Source of the DNA: Camelus dromedarius
Lineage: Eukaryota
Length of the DNA stretch: 64,000 bases
NCBI RefSeq assembly: GCF_036321535.1
Contig: NC_087436.1
Span: 108,688,001-108,752,000, forward strand
Reading direction: 5' to 3'
A program made the position numbers and the translations under genes. Positions 35,771-50,461 of the stretch are shown piece by piece. Below the pieces are notes generated by a model. That model saw only the letters and a program-made list of their open reading frames with translations. It was not told the origin of the DNA and did no database searches. Each line of letters starts with the position of its first letter. The first letter of the stretch is position 1.

Positions 35771-38700
35771 GCCCTGCTGTGATGTAGAGTCCAGTGGTTT
35801 GTCCTCACTGCTCTACCGCCATGTCCTGTTGATTAGGGGACATTTTTGAAGGTGGACCTTTTGAAGGTGGACACGAAAGACCATATTGGCAAACTTAGTG
35901 GTAATTTTAAAACTGTGTCTTAGGGATGAGTTGCTAATGCCTTTTAAACCAACATGAAGAATCATAATTTTGTGCAGATGCAACGTTCACGTTGTAGCTT
36001 GAAGATGCTCTTCCTGTTCAGCTCTCTTGTCAATCAGGATGCACTCCATTTGTGCAGTGATCTTCACCTCTTGTGAATCATCATGCCCATCTCAGCCATC
36101 AGGGCTGACATTTAGTAGACATCAGCTTTTTTATTGAAAAGAAAAAGACAGTTTTTCCCTAGATGAAGCAATTCCTGGGCCCGTATGGATTTAGGAGGAA
36201 AGTTGGAATACATAAAATTATTGCTATTATTAAGAACTATTTCCTGAGCCTTACTTACATATGCATTTGACTGAGATAAATTTAAATGGCAGGAAGGGAG
36301 AGTACTGCCTCTTTTTAGAGGTATGCCTGTGTTCATCTCAAGTGAAACTGTCAGGCATGTTGCTCCTGTGACAAAGTCTGGAACTAAGGATCAGAGATGC
36401 TTTGAGGAGGAAGGTGTGAAAGCCCGTCCAGTCAGACTCCCTCCTCTTACCTGCCATGAGGAAGTACTGAGTTACACTGAGCCCCTCTGTGAACTAAGGG
36501 TAGTACTTGGCTGTAGGGACAGGACAGTACTGAGGTTGGGAGACGCTGAACCTTGAAAATAGACAGACATCGGGCAAACCCTACCCCTGAAATACGCTGA
36601 CTGTGGGTCCTAGGCAAATCACCAAACCTCTTGTACCTCAGTTTCCTCGAACATTAGATGGAGATCATCAAAATGCCAAACTCATAGGTCTTCAAACTTG
36701 TAGAGTGATTTTTGAGACATAGAATAATTTTGAGACAAGGCAACACACCATATTGTAACTCAAATTTTCTAATGATTACTTCTGTCTCCTCTTCTTGCAT
36801 AAGTGCCAGTAGGAAGATCCCAGGCATTGTGAACAGAGCTGCTGAAAACGTAATTTTCTTTATGCCGACTCTGAACACTTTGTGTTGCAGCTCACACTAG
36901 GCTGGGTTCTGCACGTGTCAGATAGCCCATAGGTATTTTGTACACCCACTTCTATTGATGAAGAAATGTGTGCAAAGGGGCTAAGGAACTTGTTTCACTT
37001 TTAGGTAACCAGACAGCAGAATTAAAATCGACCACAGACTTCAGAAGCTAGAACTCATGTTTTCTTCACTCTAACCTTCCTTAAAGTTCTACTGTTTGTT
37101 TGTTTTCTAAATCTCTACACGTGAAGAAATACTGGAAGGCTCCTGGATTAGTAAGGTCAAGGTAATATATTGGGGGCAGGTACTTTCCCAGACATCCATT
37201 TGAATACAATTAAGTACATGAGCGACTTTATATCTCAGTAAACTCTTGGTTATTAATGAGTTGGTCACAGAAAGTCTCTATTATGAATAAACAGGAGAAT
37301 ATTGAAGGACTGGCAACAATGAAGTAAATTGGTGACGTGATTCCAAATTTAAACAAATTACAGGGGAAAATGGATAATGATAAAATAATTAGAAGCCAGA
37401 AGCACCTGAACAAACACCCAAATCCCACATCTGTCTTCACTATATTCAGCAAGTCCTAAATATCACTGATGCATTGAAGAGAAATTAGCGGACGCTGTTA
37501 AACATCACCTGAGTGAAAAGCAGAATTAACTCCTTCCTGTTATTTATTGCAAATGTTCAAGGAGACACAGAGGGAATTGATTAGCCAAATGCATTCCTCC
37601 ATGACAACAGAGGTTGTAGAGCGAAAACTCTTGGAGAATGGACCTCATTACAAGTTTACACATAAGCTGTGTGTCCCTAACAAGATTTTATACTAAAAAT
37701 ACAATGCTCGAAATAGTAAACTGGCTTCTGCGTTGCTGTATATTTCTTCCAGAATACACAACAATAAAACTAACATATAGGTTAGCATTTTGTAGGTGTA
37801 TTCAAGGGAAATGCAAAATCAGCAGGGAAATTCTGTAGTTGCAAAATCTTTGTAAAGTTCCAAGTTGACCTGCCTACCTATTTCAAATACACATATTTTC
37901 CAATAATAAGAACTGTTCTTTCCAATGGCTGACTAAGGTGAGTCCAGAAATTTTTCCGTGAAGATGAGCCTCCTCACCCTACCACATTCCAGAGGGACCT
38001 GAATATGTCTTTTATTTAGGGAACAATTTAAACCCTGGAATAATTATTTAAGGAAAGCCTGTCAGCTCCTTTAAATACATCTTCTCAGGCTGGGAAGGGA
38101 GGACAGGTTTTCAAGTGGACAAGGGTTACTGGAGACCATGTGCCATGACATCTATGCCATGTCACCTCCTCTTTGAGAACTGTCACTCATTTCATTATAA
38201 ATGGTGCCGTTAGTGGTACTTCCTTATAGTGCCACATTCTTCACCTGGGACTTGGCTTATGTTCTGCACAGTAAGGCACAGACAGCCTTCTGATGCATCA
38301 AGTGCATTATGGTTCTGAGGCCAGTGCCAGATATAGGCAGGGGTGTAGGCTAGGAACTGACTAACTCTGGCCATCCTTTCCTTGCTTTGCTTCTTTGTGT
38401 ACCTTCTCCTAAATATGATTGAGTGCTGACCATATTCAGAACTATGCTGGAGAAGGGTAGATGCAAACCCCAGGTAGAGAGGTAAAACTTAATGACATTC
38501 CAACTTCCTTCTCTCTACCTTCTCTTTGGTTATAGGATTATTTTCAATTGATCTTTGAAACAGAGTAAAGAAATGAGAGATTTCCTCCTCCAGAATCCAT
38601 ATGCCGCTAGAGAATACTGATGTAATGTGCCTTCTAATTAAAATCATCTTCCCCAGACATTTTCTAATATAATGATAAATGCCTTACCCCATAATATACT

Positions 38701-41403
38701 ACTTGCTCCATATTAGCTCTGTTTGTCCTTCAAAGGCTAGAAAAGTTGGTTAAAAGAAAAAATCCAAAGGGATATTTTTATGGAGACTTTAAAAAAACGT
38801 ATTTCTGCCACATTCCTACCAAAAAACACATTTAAAAAGCTGGCGTGCATTTTGTTTACGTTAAAGAAACAGGATGATGCTTAGTGAGCTGCTTACCAAA
38901 GGGCAGGAAATCATCTTGCCCGACTTCCCCAGCACTCACGGCATGTGCACCCCTGGCAGATTCTGCCTCCCTGAAATTACCTGCCTGCTCCCTTCCATCC
39001 AGGTGAGTCGAGGCTGTCTTTAAAGTCGAGCCCATTCTCTTTTCATTTCTTTAATCTCCTCTTTCCTTGTGACTTTTACCGTACAGCATTCCACTCTCCT
39101 ATTCCCTTCTTTTAAGTAACAGTTTCTTGAGCGCAGGAAGCATGTGCTCATATTTATTATCCACAGCACATACAGCACCTTTCCTAGTGCATGCAGGCTT
39201 TCCTCAATGCATCATTGCTGTTTAATGTGGAGAAATACATACAGCAGAGTTACGTATTTCCTTGGAAAAAATCAAATTCTTGAGTAATGGGGATACTAAT
39301 TCATAAAAGAAACAATTCATAATGGTACTTTCTTACTTATAAATCACTATGCTATGTATGCCCATTTTGTTTTTGCCTCAAATTTACAAAGAGATCATTT
39401 CCTTTATCATTTTATCATTTACAGATGAATAAACTGAAGGTTATAGAAATGAAATGACTCCCCAGTATTGTTCTGTCAGCATATTCTAACTAAATGTTTA
39501 TGCTTTATTGTAAGTCTAGATCAGGTGGATAATAGATGAGTTCAGCGACACTTTAGAGATTTGAGTAAACATCCTAATGCTGAGATTGGGAGTCAGTCAT
39601 ATATCATAATTTATCTATACATTTTTAAGTAATTTTCAACAGTTCAACATGTGATTTGGATAGTATGAATTTTTACTTTTAGTTTCCTTTTGTTTGTACT
39701 GAATGAATAAAATGATAAAAGAAATAAAACTTTTTAGGTTTATTTTTAAATAAAATGGTACAAATGTATCTTGTCGGTTTCAATGTTTGGATCGATGACC
39801 ACCATTGCTACTCTGAAGCCTACATATATATCTAACAGTAGCCCTTATTCTGACTCTGAAGGTTTTGAAAGGAGCCAGACAGCATCCCTTTTTTACCCCC
39901 ACTTTGTTCTGAAGGAATAAGAACTAAGATGAAATAGTGGGAGACGGAGGATGCAGTGTGTTAATATGATCTGTTAATGAAAGAAATCAGGTCAGAGGCT
40001 GAGCCCAGTGTGAGAGCCACGTGGTCCTGCTGACTGGTCCAGAATTAGGCAGACTCGGGACTCTCAGTCGGAGGTGATGCTGCCCTGGATGGACCCCCAG
40101 CACACAGCATGGGTAGGATGGTGCTGCCTGGGGAGAGTCAGGTTTGCAAGAGCACAGGAGAGTCCTGCTTCTTGTTGGCAGTTTGCTTTCAGAATGACAA
40201 AAGAGAGAAATTAAGTGGAGGGGGGAAGTTATCCTTTTCAAATTTACTAATCAGTTAAGTCATTTCTCCCTAAGGAGGGAGAAAATGAGGGTCAAGTGAT
40301 GCCAGGGTGGTTTAGGGAGGATGCGTTGTCATAGAAACCGAAAGGTGGGGAAAGGATACTTTTGCCTAACGCTGACCTTTGATAATCTCCAAATAAAAGT
40401 GCTAGCTGTGTGGGTTAAAGCTCACATGGACTGTTAATTATAAAGCCACTGCTATTCAAAGCGTGTGAAAATATCCGTGAGCTTGTGTGCAGTGCATTAA
40501 TATTTCCTCAGTAGAAGTGGATTTTTTTGTTTCTTTGTTTTCATTGTGTTCCAGGGACCATTGTTTTCCATCTGGGGACCCCTAGGGTCCGAATATCCGG
40601 GGTGCTCGATTCTCATGCAGATTCCCTGGTTCTATTTTCACATTCACATCTTGCGACTGGACCTAGCATTTTGCATTTTTTAACAAGCACCCAAGTGATT
40701 ACAAGGCAATTTAAGTTTATGTAACAGTAATGGAAATCTGAATTACTGAAGTCAATTTCCATTAAAAAAACAAAACAAAACTCTGCGTATGTTCCCAATG
40801 TACACTGTTCGTTCATTTTCAGCAGTAGTTTGAATTGTTGTCTCTGATGAGTTTTGGGACTCTTTCATTTTTCACTGGAGATGAATTTATTTCTCAAAAC
40901 CATAATGTCTTTCAAACTCTCAGAAATTGAGCCTTTATGCACAAAGAGGATTTTGTGTAGTCTGGTGGAACACGGGGGCAGAGGCTTGATGAAATTGAAT
41001 ACTTCTTTAGTTTAGGAATATTTTCTTTATTTGAGCTATCAGAGATTTTTCTAAACATTCCCTTTGCTTATTAAATGATCCCAAATGTAAAAATAATTTG
41101 TTCCCTTGAATTTTAGATTGGCCTTGGGAATTATCATTGAAAAGCTAGTAAATATAAACTCAATTTTTACTGAATTCTTAAGTTCTATTTTATTTTTTCT
41201 TGAGCCCTAATATTTTTTGGCCTGAGAAATACATTGCTATTTATAGAGTAGAAAAGCAATGAAAAATATTCCTCAATACTCAACATTTATTACATAGGCC
41301 AATGTTTAAGGACATTTCTTTCCCATGACATAAGTTAAACAAAAGAAGAGCAGTCTGTTTTCAGAAATACAAAAAGTCTTTGATACATATGTTTCATAAA
41401 CAT

Positions 41404-41758
41404 TGTCTTGGTCCTTTAGCTGCTATGACAAATGACCATAGGCTGGGTGGCTGAAACAAGAAATGTTACTCTTATAGTTCTGGAGGCTGGAAGTCTGAGA
41501 TTAGGGCACCAGCATGGTCAGTTTCTGGTAAGAACCCTCTTCCTGGTGGCAGACTGACGACTTCTCATTGTATCCTCTCATGGTGGGAAAATAGCTGCCT
41601 AGCTGTCTGCCCTCTTCTTATAAGTGCACCAGCCCCACTCATGAGGGTTCCACCCTCATGACCTAACTACTTCCCAAAGGCCCATATGCAAATACCATCA
41701 AGTTGGGGTTACAGTTTCAACCTATAAATTTAGGGGACTACAAACATTCAGTCACATG
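41404..41758 (-). mobile_element. MaLR solo LTR, MLT1A-like
   Basis: 'agttctggaggctggaagtctgagattagggcaccagcatggtca', 'catgagggttccaccctcatgacctaa', 'caaacattcagtc'. Confidence 0.88.
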
Positions 41759-44700
41759 TGATCAAAAATCTCAGAAGTCTCCATGGGACCTTCCCTGATC
41801 TTGCCATTTAAAACTGCATGCCTCCTACCATTTCTTCCAGGACATCTGACCCCTCTTCTGTTTCATGTGTCCCCAAAGTATGTCTTTATTTTCTAATAGA
41901 CTTTAATTTGCTTATGGTCTGTTTGGTTGTTTATACTTCTGGGTAGTTCACTAGTGGATTCCTAGCCCTGAAAATAGTGCCAGAACTTTGTAGTGCTCAG
42001 TCCTAGTTGAATGAACAAATCCATTCCGGTCAGAGTTTTCAGTGGGTTGTAGCCCCTGCTAGATGGGGTCCTTCTCAGGAAGAGGGGGTTGCTTTGCATG
42101 AGTCCCCATTCCCTGCACATATATCTGGGTTCGCACACCCTGTGCATATAATGAAATCTTTTCTGGGTAAAAAATTCACTACCAAACAGGTGTACATAGG
42201 AGACAGAACAGAGACCAGTACCTAGTGTCTCTAGGACCAGCAGAACACAGGAGAGTCAGCTAATGAAGTTTTCAGTGAATGAGAAGAACAGATTCTTTAT
42301 TGCTTCCCAGGCTGTACCTAATTTTGTCAAAATGTTTCTGAAGAAAGTCATTTAATACAAACCTAGCCAACTGTAGCCACTATTCCTTGCCTGAATTCTG
42401 TTTTAGAACTCTGTAGGGTATAAATGTGTTTACAAATGCTCTTGACTTCTTATAAAATATTTTAGGGAAATTAAGTGGAAGCTCGTTGAAGAAACTCTGA
42501 TTTGGAATAAGGGAGCATTCAAGCTCAGTCTCTGCACACATGCTTTCATTATATGTGCACTTATTTCATCAGAATTATTTGAAGAGCTGACAAAGAACCT
42601 TGCAATAGTAAAAGTAAACACTTTAGACGTGGATATTTGTTATGGAATTTCTTCTCCTTTTTTATGCACAATCACAATGAATGTACTATATGCCTGACAT
42701 TAAGCAAGACATTTAATCCTTGCAATAACACAACAGAGTAGATATTCCTATTTTCCTCACTTTACAGATGTTTTTAAGGATTATACCCAAAGTTGGACAG
42801 CTGTGGAACCTGTGTTTGAGCACAGGCTGTCTGGTTGAATAGCCCATTAACAACCATGTACTTCCATTAATGATACAGTTTCCTTCCTTTCAGAGTTCAA
42901 TTTGGGAAGAGATACATAAAGAGAAACATCATAAAGTGTGATGGAAGTGGTGTGATAAAAACAAAGACAAAGCAACAAACTGTTTACTGGGGCTGGAGAA
43001 AGCTTCAAAGAGAGATAGCATCATGGGCTTTGAGGGATGACTAGGAGTTTTTCAGGTGGAGGAGGAAGATAAAGACTGAAGATAGAAGGAGGAAGAACTT
43101 TAATAAATCAGTCTTCTTTATGAATTAGCTTATACTGGTTTTCAACAATTCTCATCCAAACTCTTTCTTGCAGATACAATTTGAACATTGTAGAACTAAA
43201 CCTTAACCTATGTCCATTTGTATATAAGCCTATAAGTCACTGCCTAAAACCACAAGTTAAATGCTAAGTGTATATCATTATAGGGTAGCCATTGTGAAAA
43301 CAGAAGACAGTGAACACATACTGCTAAAGATAATTAACTTAAAATTACAGAAGTTACTTTGGCCACCTATTGTCAGAAGCCAAGATATGAACCATGACAT
43401 CCATTTGCTCTTGTGACTATCCTCTTATGCTGTTCTTGAATAATGGCCTTAGTGTACATGAAAAATATCTTATTTTAAACCTTTCTTCCCTCTTCAGTGC
43501 TATCAGTTAAACTCCCTACGGCAGGCAGTAAATGGAACCTTTTCCCTCTGGCCAAAGTCATCATTTAGAGATTTCTATAGACCTGCTGATTTTGACATGT
43601 TCCGTGGTGGTTGGATTTCAGTTTTGCCTGGCATCCCACAGCTGTGAAGGATTAATCCCCAGCACTGTGCCCAAGCAATGTTAATCTTTTCATAGGCTGT
43701 GCTTGTCCATCACTTTCCTCCTCTAATAAGAAGGTGTCTGCAACTGCTGATAGTCATGCTGGTGAAAATCAACGTACCTCGTCCAGACGCTGTTTGATGT
43801 CAAAGACACAGAGCAGGACTGAGTGCTCTGATGCTTCTTGTCAGCCACAGATACTGGGCTAATTTAGCTTACATTATTTTAGAGGTATGCCTGGCTCCCA
43901 AATAGCTCTATTGAAGTGGTCCTGTAATAAACCTCTAAGAAAGATACCACTGCTTACTTCTGCAAGTAAGTGGCATTTAGGAAATGATCGGTCCAAAGTC
44001 TTCCTTTCTCTCTCAATTTAGTTGATACAGCCACTGAAATCTGCTTAAAGGAAAACCACACTGCCTGTGTCTCCTTCATCAGTTTTTATTAATAGAGTAA
44101 TACGAAAACAGTCTGCACTTATTCTTGCCTCCAGAGGAACTTGTAACTTCCCTGCTTACTCAATAGTGCCAAGTTGTTATGAAGGGCAGGGGATCTCTAA
44201 TGCCCTTTGAATTTAGTAGAAATCTTCCTTTTCCATGCATTTCTTCATTAAGCACCTTCTTTTCCACAGGAATGAGTGCAGTGGTAGGTTTCACAGGTGT
44301 CACACTGGATCTGTGTTCTGGGGAAAAAGTTCAGTGGCCATTAGGAACCCCGCCTACCATATCCTCTGGACCGTAAAAGTGACTCTCCTCAATCTGGTAA
44401 ATGCCACATGGACCTTTCCTACAACACATCCATTAGGACACTTCCCTTAAACGCCTGCTGAGAAAGGTTAGTTACTAAGGAAACCAGAGGCCCAGAGAGT
44501 AGCAATTTGTGATAGGCTGATGAAATGTACAAATATAATTCTTGCCTGGCTCAGGGATTAAGAATCCTAGTTTTCTCAGAAGATAAAACTGAGACACATT
44601 GTGCAAGCATTCTCTTAAGATAATCTCTGGCAAACACCGGCCTCCCTTCTTTCATCCTGTGCAGGCTACACCCTGAAATGATTTGAAGCCAGAAATCAGA

Positions 44701-45112
44701 GAATACCATGAGAATTTGAGAATAGCCAGCAATATCTCCTAGGCCATATGCAAATCCCACCATTACTTTTAGATAATTCTATATCCTGTTTGGTGATTTA
44801 ATTATAGTTATTAATATTATTGATATACAGGGTAAGTAGTGGATTTTCAATGACTACAATCATACCCCAAAGGGCTTCCATATACATCTCATTATGTCTC
44901 CAAAACCCTTTATGGCAGGAAAGGCATGGATCATTATTCCATATTTGAAGATCAAGGGCACTGAAGGTCATGGGCAAGAGTGTACAAAACCTGCTCTGGG
45001 TCATGTAGTTGGTTGGTGAGAAGACAACCAGCCCAGCAGCAAAGCATGGGCTTTGAATCCAGACAAACCTAATTCATTCTCACTCTCATTCTTGCTCGCT
45101 CTCTGTCGCTGT

Positions 45113-45148
45113 CTCTTTCTTTCTCTCTCTCTCTCCCTTCCTTCCTTC

Positions 45149-45238
<90 letters not shown>

Positions 45239-45257
45239 CTTTCTCTTCCTTTCTTTT
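45113..45257. repeat. (CT)n-(CCTT)n-(CTTT)n compound microsatellite
   Basis: About 22 consecutive CTTT units within a pure pyrimidine tract. Confidence 0.97.
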
Positions 45258-46769
45258 AAAAATTGAAACACTGTTAATAAACATAAACATACATCAGAAT
45301 TATTGTGCGGCTTAGGTGAATGCTAATATATATAAAATGGTTTTTATATTATAGGTGCTATGCAAATGTTAGTAATTATTTCTGTTATTCTGACTCCTCT
45401 TAAGTGCTTTTTTCACCATATCATTCATTCTACTCAGTTCTAGGAAAAACTGTCTTCTCAAGTGCCATATAAATTTATATGTAGCAGGCACTGTTTTTTT
45501 AACAGGTGCAATGGTTTACTTCTTGTTTTTGCTGCTAGGAAGCTCAGTGTCAAATTTAAAACCCATTCATATGACTAGACTAAAAGCATTATAATACATT
45601 TCTTTATATTTTTGACTCATCTCTCAATTTTAATCTGTTACTTTATTCTCCTACAGTGAATATACATTTTTGAACATCACCTCCAAGGAGGTGGGGAAAA
45701 ATAACAAAACAATAACCACATAACAATAATGATGAAGTCAGAGCAAACTTTAAAAGAAAAGTACTCTGAATTTTTATCCATTTGACTCCTTATGGAGGTA
45801 AAAGTTTATTTGCTTTTAAACGTAGTTTAAGTAAATAATAGCCAACACTTACTGAATTCCTGTGTAATAGACGGCACCTCAAGGTTCACTGAGAATGTGA
45901 AAGCAGATCCTTAACAAAAAGTTTATCATTAAATTTAGACCTGTATAAACATGTGTAGACATGTACAGAAATGAAGCGTTAGATGTCTGAAGCTGAACAA
46001 GTACCAAAAGACGAAGAAACATGGCACAGGAGCTGGTCATGTATGAAAGGAATTTTGCTGAGAAATAAAAATGTAAACCCTTATTAATTTACCTCCTTCA
46101 TTCCATTCAGAGTGTAAGCACCCAAGTTTGTACTATATTCTTCCTCTGTTCTCTCTGGTAAGATTGGAGTAATGAAAGGAGGATGTAACTGTATTTAGAA
46201 TAAGAAATGAATGTCCTTTCATAGATGTATGAATTTAGGCAATCTCTCCTTAATGGTCCTCAGTTTCTGTATTTGTAAAAGGAAATTAGGAACCCTAAAA
46301 TTTCCTTAAGCCATGAGGTGCCTATCTCAGAAGTAGCTTCAAGTCACCTCTCTCTCTCTCAAGTGATCAATATATTTACTCAAAAATATATATATATGAT
46401 TTCACTTTATGCAAAAAGAAAGCTGCAGAGTAGATGCTAAGCAGATTTTTTAAAATTTCTTGGATGACTAGCTATTTAAAGAGACGTGGTGGAAAATCAT
46501 TTCCCCAAGTGTAAAGATTGTTAGAGATGGAAGTGGCCTGGCATTTTCCTCATTTTACAGATGAGGGACCTGGGGCTCAGAGGGATGGAGGGAACTGTGC
46601 AAAGGCAGACTCTTAGCTGAAGATCTGGTGGCTGAAGTCTTTCAATGCTTATCATTATACTAGTATCTGTTCAAAAAAAATCTATTTTCTAGATAAGGGG
46701 GAAGTAGAAACCTGTTCCTGGTTTTGGGCGGACTTCACATTAAAAGCTATTTTAAGGGACAAAGGCAGT

Positions 46770-47200
46770 AAAATTAGGGTTCAATTACAGACAACAGGAA
46801 CATTGTATCAGATTTAAGAAGAAAGGATTTTAGTACCCGGTGTTACATGGCTTACAAACTAGTTAGAAAGGCTCAAGGAGCAAGCTGTAAGAGGAGTTTC
46901 TAGAAACAACTCTCAGCTCCCAGACTCACCCCACCTCTGCCATGGTCAGCATAGCTGACCAGTGCAACATGGGACCCCATATCCAGGAGCTGTGATCACA
47001 GAGCCATGCTGTTTCTGCCCCAGCCCTGCATCTCTCCTCTCTGTTCCTAATTCAAGTGGAGCTGAAATACAGATCTCTAGCTGCAAGGGAGTCTGGAGAA
47101 GATACTGTTTAACTTGCCTGTCTCTGCAACAAAGAGTGACTGACTCTACAGAAGGAGCTTGAAGTTGATGTTAAATGAGGCAATCTACACCATCTGCCAA
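46770..47200 (-). mobile_element. Old MLT1-type LTR
   Basis: 'tagggttcaattacagacaacagg...ttaagaagaaaggatttt' at one end and 'gaggcaatctacaccatctgcca' at the other. Confidence 0.5.
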
Positions 47201-50082
47201 GAATCCAAGAAAGTGGTAAGCGATAGGATTAGTGGACCCAAACCATATCATGTGAGGAATAATGTAAGACAGGGGTGACAAGTAGATTTCATCTTACCAG
47301 CCAACTCTAGCTAATTGGCTGCCAAAGACATAGAACTGAGAAAGATTTGAGGGCTGCATCTTGGCCCAGCAGCATAAAGCCTGATGGCTGATTAGTGATG
47401 TCTGCCAGAAGGATGGGCATGAGGCAGTCAGAGTCCTATGAATGCCACATACATCCCATAAGTCGGTTGCTGCTTGACTAGCGTGGTTGACCAATTACTC
47501 CACAATGCCTGTGGTACTCTCGATGTTTCTGTCATCACTATTTAATTTTATCTTGATTGACTTCTTTGCATTGTCATGATGATCATGCCATATGGAATAA
47601 AAGCAAACTATAAATTATTTGAGGATTTAATCATCTCTACACCCTGCACAGTACTTGAATATACATTAAATTAGTATCTATTGGTTTTAAAACCTCAATC
47701 ATTCCATCAAAAAACATTAATTCAGTGTTCGGTTTGCACAAAATATCATATGTCATGCTCTCAGGCTTAGTGAAACGCAAGTTTTTAAGAGATCTTCCCC
47801 ACTGAGCCTCCTTTAGAGAAAGAGTGTGTTTTGTCCATGTGTACAGAATCCTAAGTCAATTTGGAGCAACTTAGACAGTGGACTTGTTTATGGACTGTGG
47901 ACTCAGTTTATTATTTGGAGCTTATCAGATTTTTATGTTCTTTTTACCATTTTTTATCTTGAGCACTTGTGTTCACTTGAGCTGAAATTTGTTCATAAAT
48001 ATAGCTTTGCTCTGAGAGTATGCAGACACACATCACTTAGAACGGATGTGCATAGACCTTTGAAATGGGGATGTCGAGTTATGATTTCTGCATGTTTTCC
48101 TTAAATCCTGCACAAAAGGTTGTCTGTTTCTTAAGAAAAACACAGGGAAATGTTCCATGTGACTCTACCTGCTGACCTGCATGACCCACTCTATACAAAG
48201 GGAAGACTAAATCACACTTCCAGGAGAAAAAGAATCTGGGCTGACCCATTTTTGGTGACATAATGACTTACTCTCTTTTGATGACTCTTCATGAAGAAGA
48301 CCAGATTTGGGGGTTCACTGATAAGATTAGATTGAGCATGTGTGGATGTGGTTATTAGAGCTGGATCCTCATTAACACCACCCATTCGTTCTGTCAATTA
48401 CACTATATTTATTGTTACATAATGTGTTTATTATTTTCTATATGCTTTGCGAAGTTCCTGTGACATGGAGGTCTAACGTCACTTCTGGTCATTAGGGGTC
48501 AAACAGAGAAGGGGGAAGTGCAGTAAGTTCTGCACAAGCCATTATGAGGATCCCTGAGGAGAGACACTGAAGCCCTGGGGGTGGATAACAGGAGGAAGGT
48601 AACTCACGCTTCATTGGCTGAAAAGAAAGACCGTTGAGTCAAACAGACAAAGATTCAAATCCATACCTCATCATTTGACAACTTTGTAACCTTGGCAAGT
48701 TACACAAGTTCAGGGTCCTCATCCCTTAGGATTGCTGTGATATTAAATGAGTAATTAATTTTTTGATCTAATATAAAATTATTAGGACAGAGCAAAAGAT
48801 ATGCCTTCTATTATAAATTAATTCTAAGTGGGAAAACAATCTCAGTATTTCTGAACTTCATATGATTTCTTATAGCTGTTGAATATACGGGCTCTGATTT
48901 ACTTAAATTTACCAGAATTTACGTCTTGTCAAGGCTGTTATTACTAGATAGTAAAATTCTATATTTTTAAGGTGGTGGCCAGGAAAGAATAAATAATAAC
49001 TTTAGTACTTTATATTGTGATAATTGAATTCTTAAGTAATGACATCACTGCCACTGTATAAAGGAGTTTTGAGATGACAATGAGGATGTAGTTCTAAATT
49101 TGAATAATAAAAGTAAATGCACTTTGTTCCTTGAATCCATGAAAATGCTTAGTCATAATCTCCCTTTGTTTTTGTTTTTTTTGTTCTTTGTGAATCACTG
49201 TCATTTTGAGGGAAAAAAAAAAACACCTTGAAATAACTTATGACTGAAACACTTAAGTTTATAATTTCAGTCTCTTCTACTGTGAAATTTGTCATAGATA
49301 AATAATAAAAGCGTATGTTTTTCCTTTTTTCTTATTAAGAAGTATGTTTATAGTACAGCCAGATTGTTCATTAATAATCATTCATTTACACCTATTTATA
49401 AAATGTGCACTCTGTGCCAGGTACCGTACCTATCACCTACAGGAATGTAACAGTGAGCAAAGCTTGTGTTTATTACTGTTGCTGTAGGAGAGCCAAATTT
49501 GCTTTTTAACACATTTCATTTATATTTTAATACAGGAAGGAAAGAAAGAAAGAAACCTGGGTCCTTCTGAGTATACACTTTTGATTGCTCAGTTTCCAAG
49601 TCCATTGTCCTATCTTCAACCACTTAAGTAAGCCCAGATTTTTCTCCTCCCGTGTTCTTGCTTCTTCCATCAGGAAAGTAAATTCATTAACTCAGTAAAA
49701 CACAGTATTGCAGGCCCAACACTCAGATGAATAGAATGTGTTGTTAATCTGGTTTCAATTACATTGAAACTTTATTACCTTTAAACAGTGGTAAGTGATG
49801 CCTCTTCAAGAAGGTGTATGAGTGAGTTTGTGGCAAAGAGGAGAGAAGAGAGCGTTAGTATTTAGTCTTCTGTTTGGAAGGAAACTGCTTGACCAGAAGC
49901 TGCTAGTTCTCATTTGAGACTTAAAAAAAAAATCATATCCTTAATCATTTCTAGATAATCAAAGTTCTCTCCTCAATATTAATGAAATATTAATTCTAAT
50001 CACCTTTGCCAAGATTTTGGAATCATTCATCTAACACTTCTACCAAATTGATTCAGATATTTAGAATTTCCCAGATCAACTG

Positions 50083-50461
50083 TGTATCAGTCAGCTCAGG
50101 TTACTATAACAAAACCACACACTGGGTTGCTTCAACAACAGACATTTATTTTCTTACAGCTCTGGAGGCTGAAGTCCAACATCAGAGTGCCAGTGTGGTC
50201 GAGTTCTGGTGAGGGATCTCTTTATGGCACATAGATGGCTGCCTTCTCACTGCATCCTCTGTGTACACAAGGCGAAAAGAGGGAGAGTGCTTTCTGCTGC
50301 CTCTTCTTATAAGGACACTAACCCTATCAGATCAGGGCCCCATCCTTACGAGCTCACTGAACCTTAATTACTTCCTTTAAGGCTCCATCTCCAAATACAC
50401 ACTGGGGTTAGAGGGCTTCAATGTGTAAGTTTTAGAGGACACAAATATTCAATCCATAGCA
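50083..50461 (-). mobile_element. MaLR solo LTR, MLT1A-like
   Basis: 'aacaacagacatttattttcttacagctctggaggctg', 'cttcttataaggacactaa', 'ggacacaaatattcaatccatagca'. Confidence 0.88.

Noticed and set aside
35845..35872. Short tandem duplication of ttttgaaggtggac
   Set aside because: Ordinary slippage-type duplication.
45053..45290. Lys/Glu/Arg-rich and Phe/Leu/Ser-rich ORFs
   Set aside because: Translations of the (CTTT)n microsatellite.
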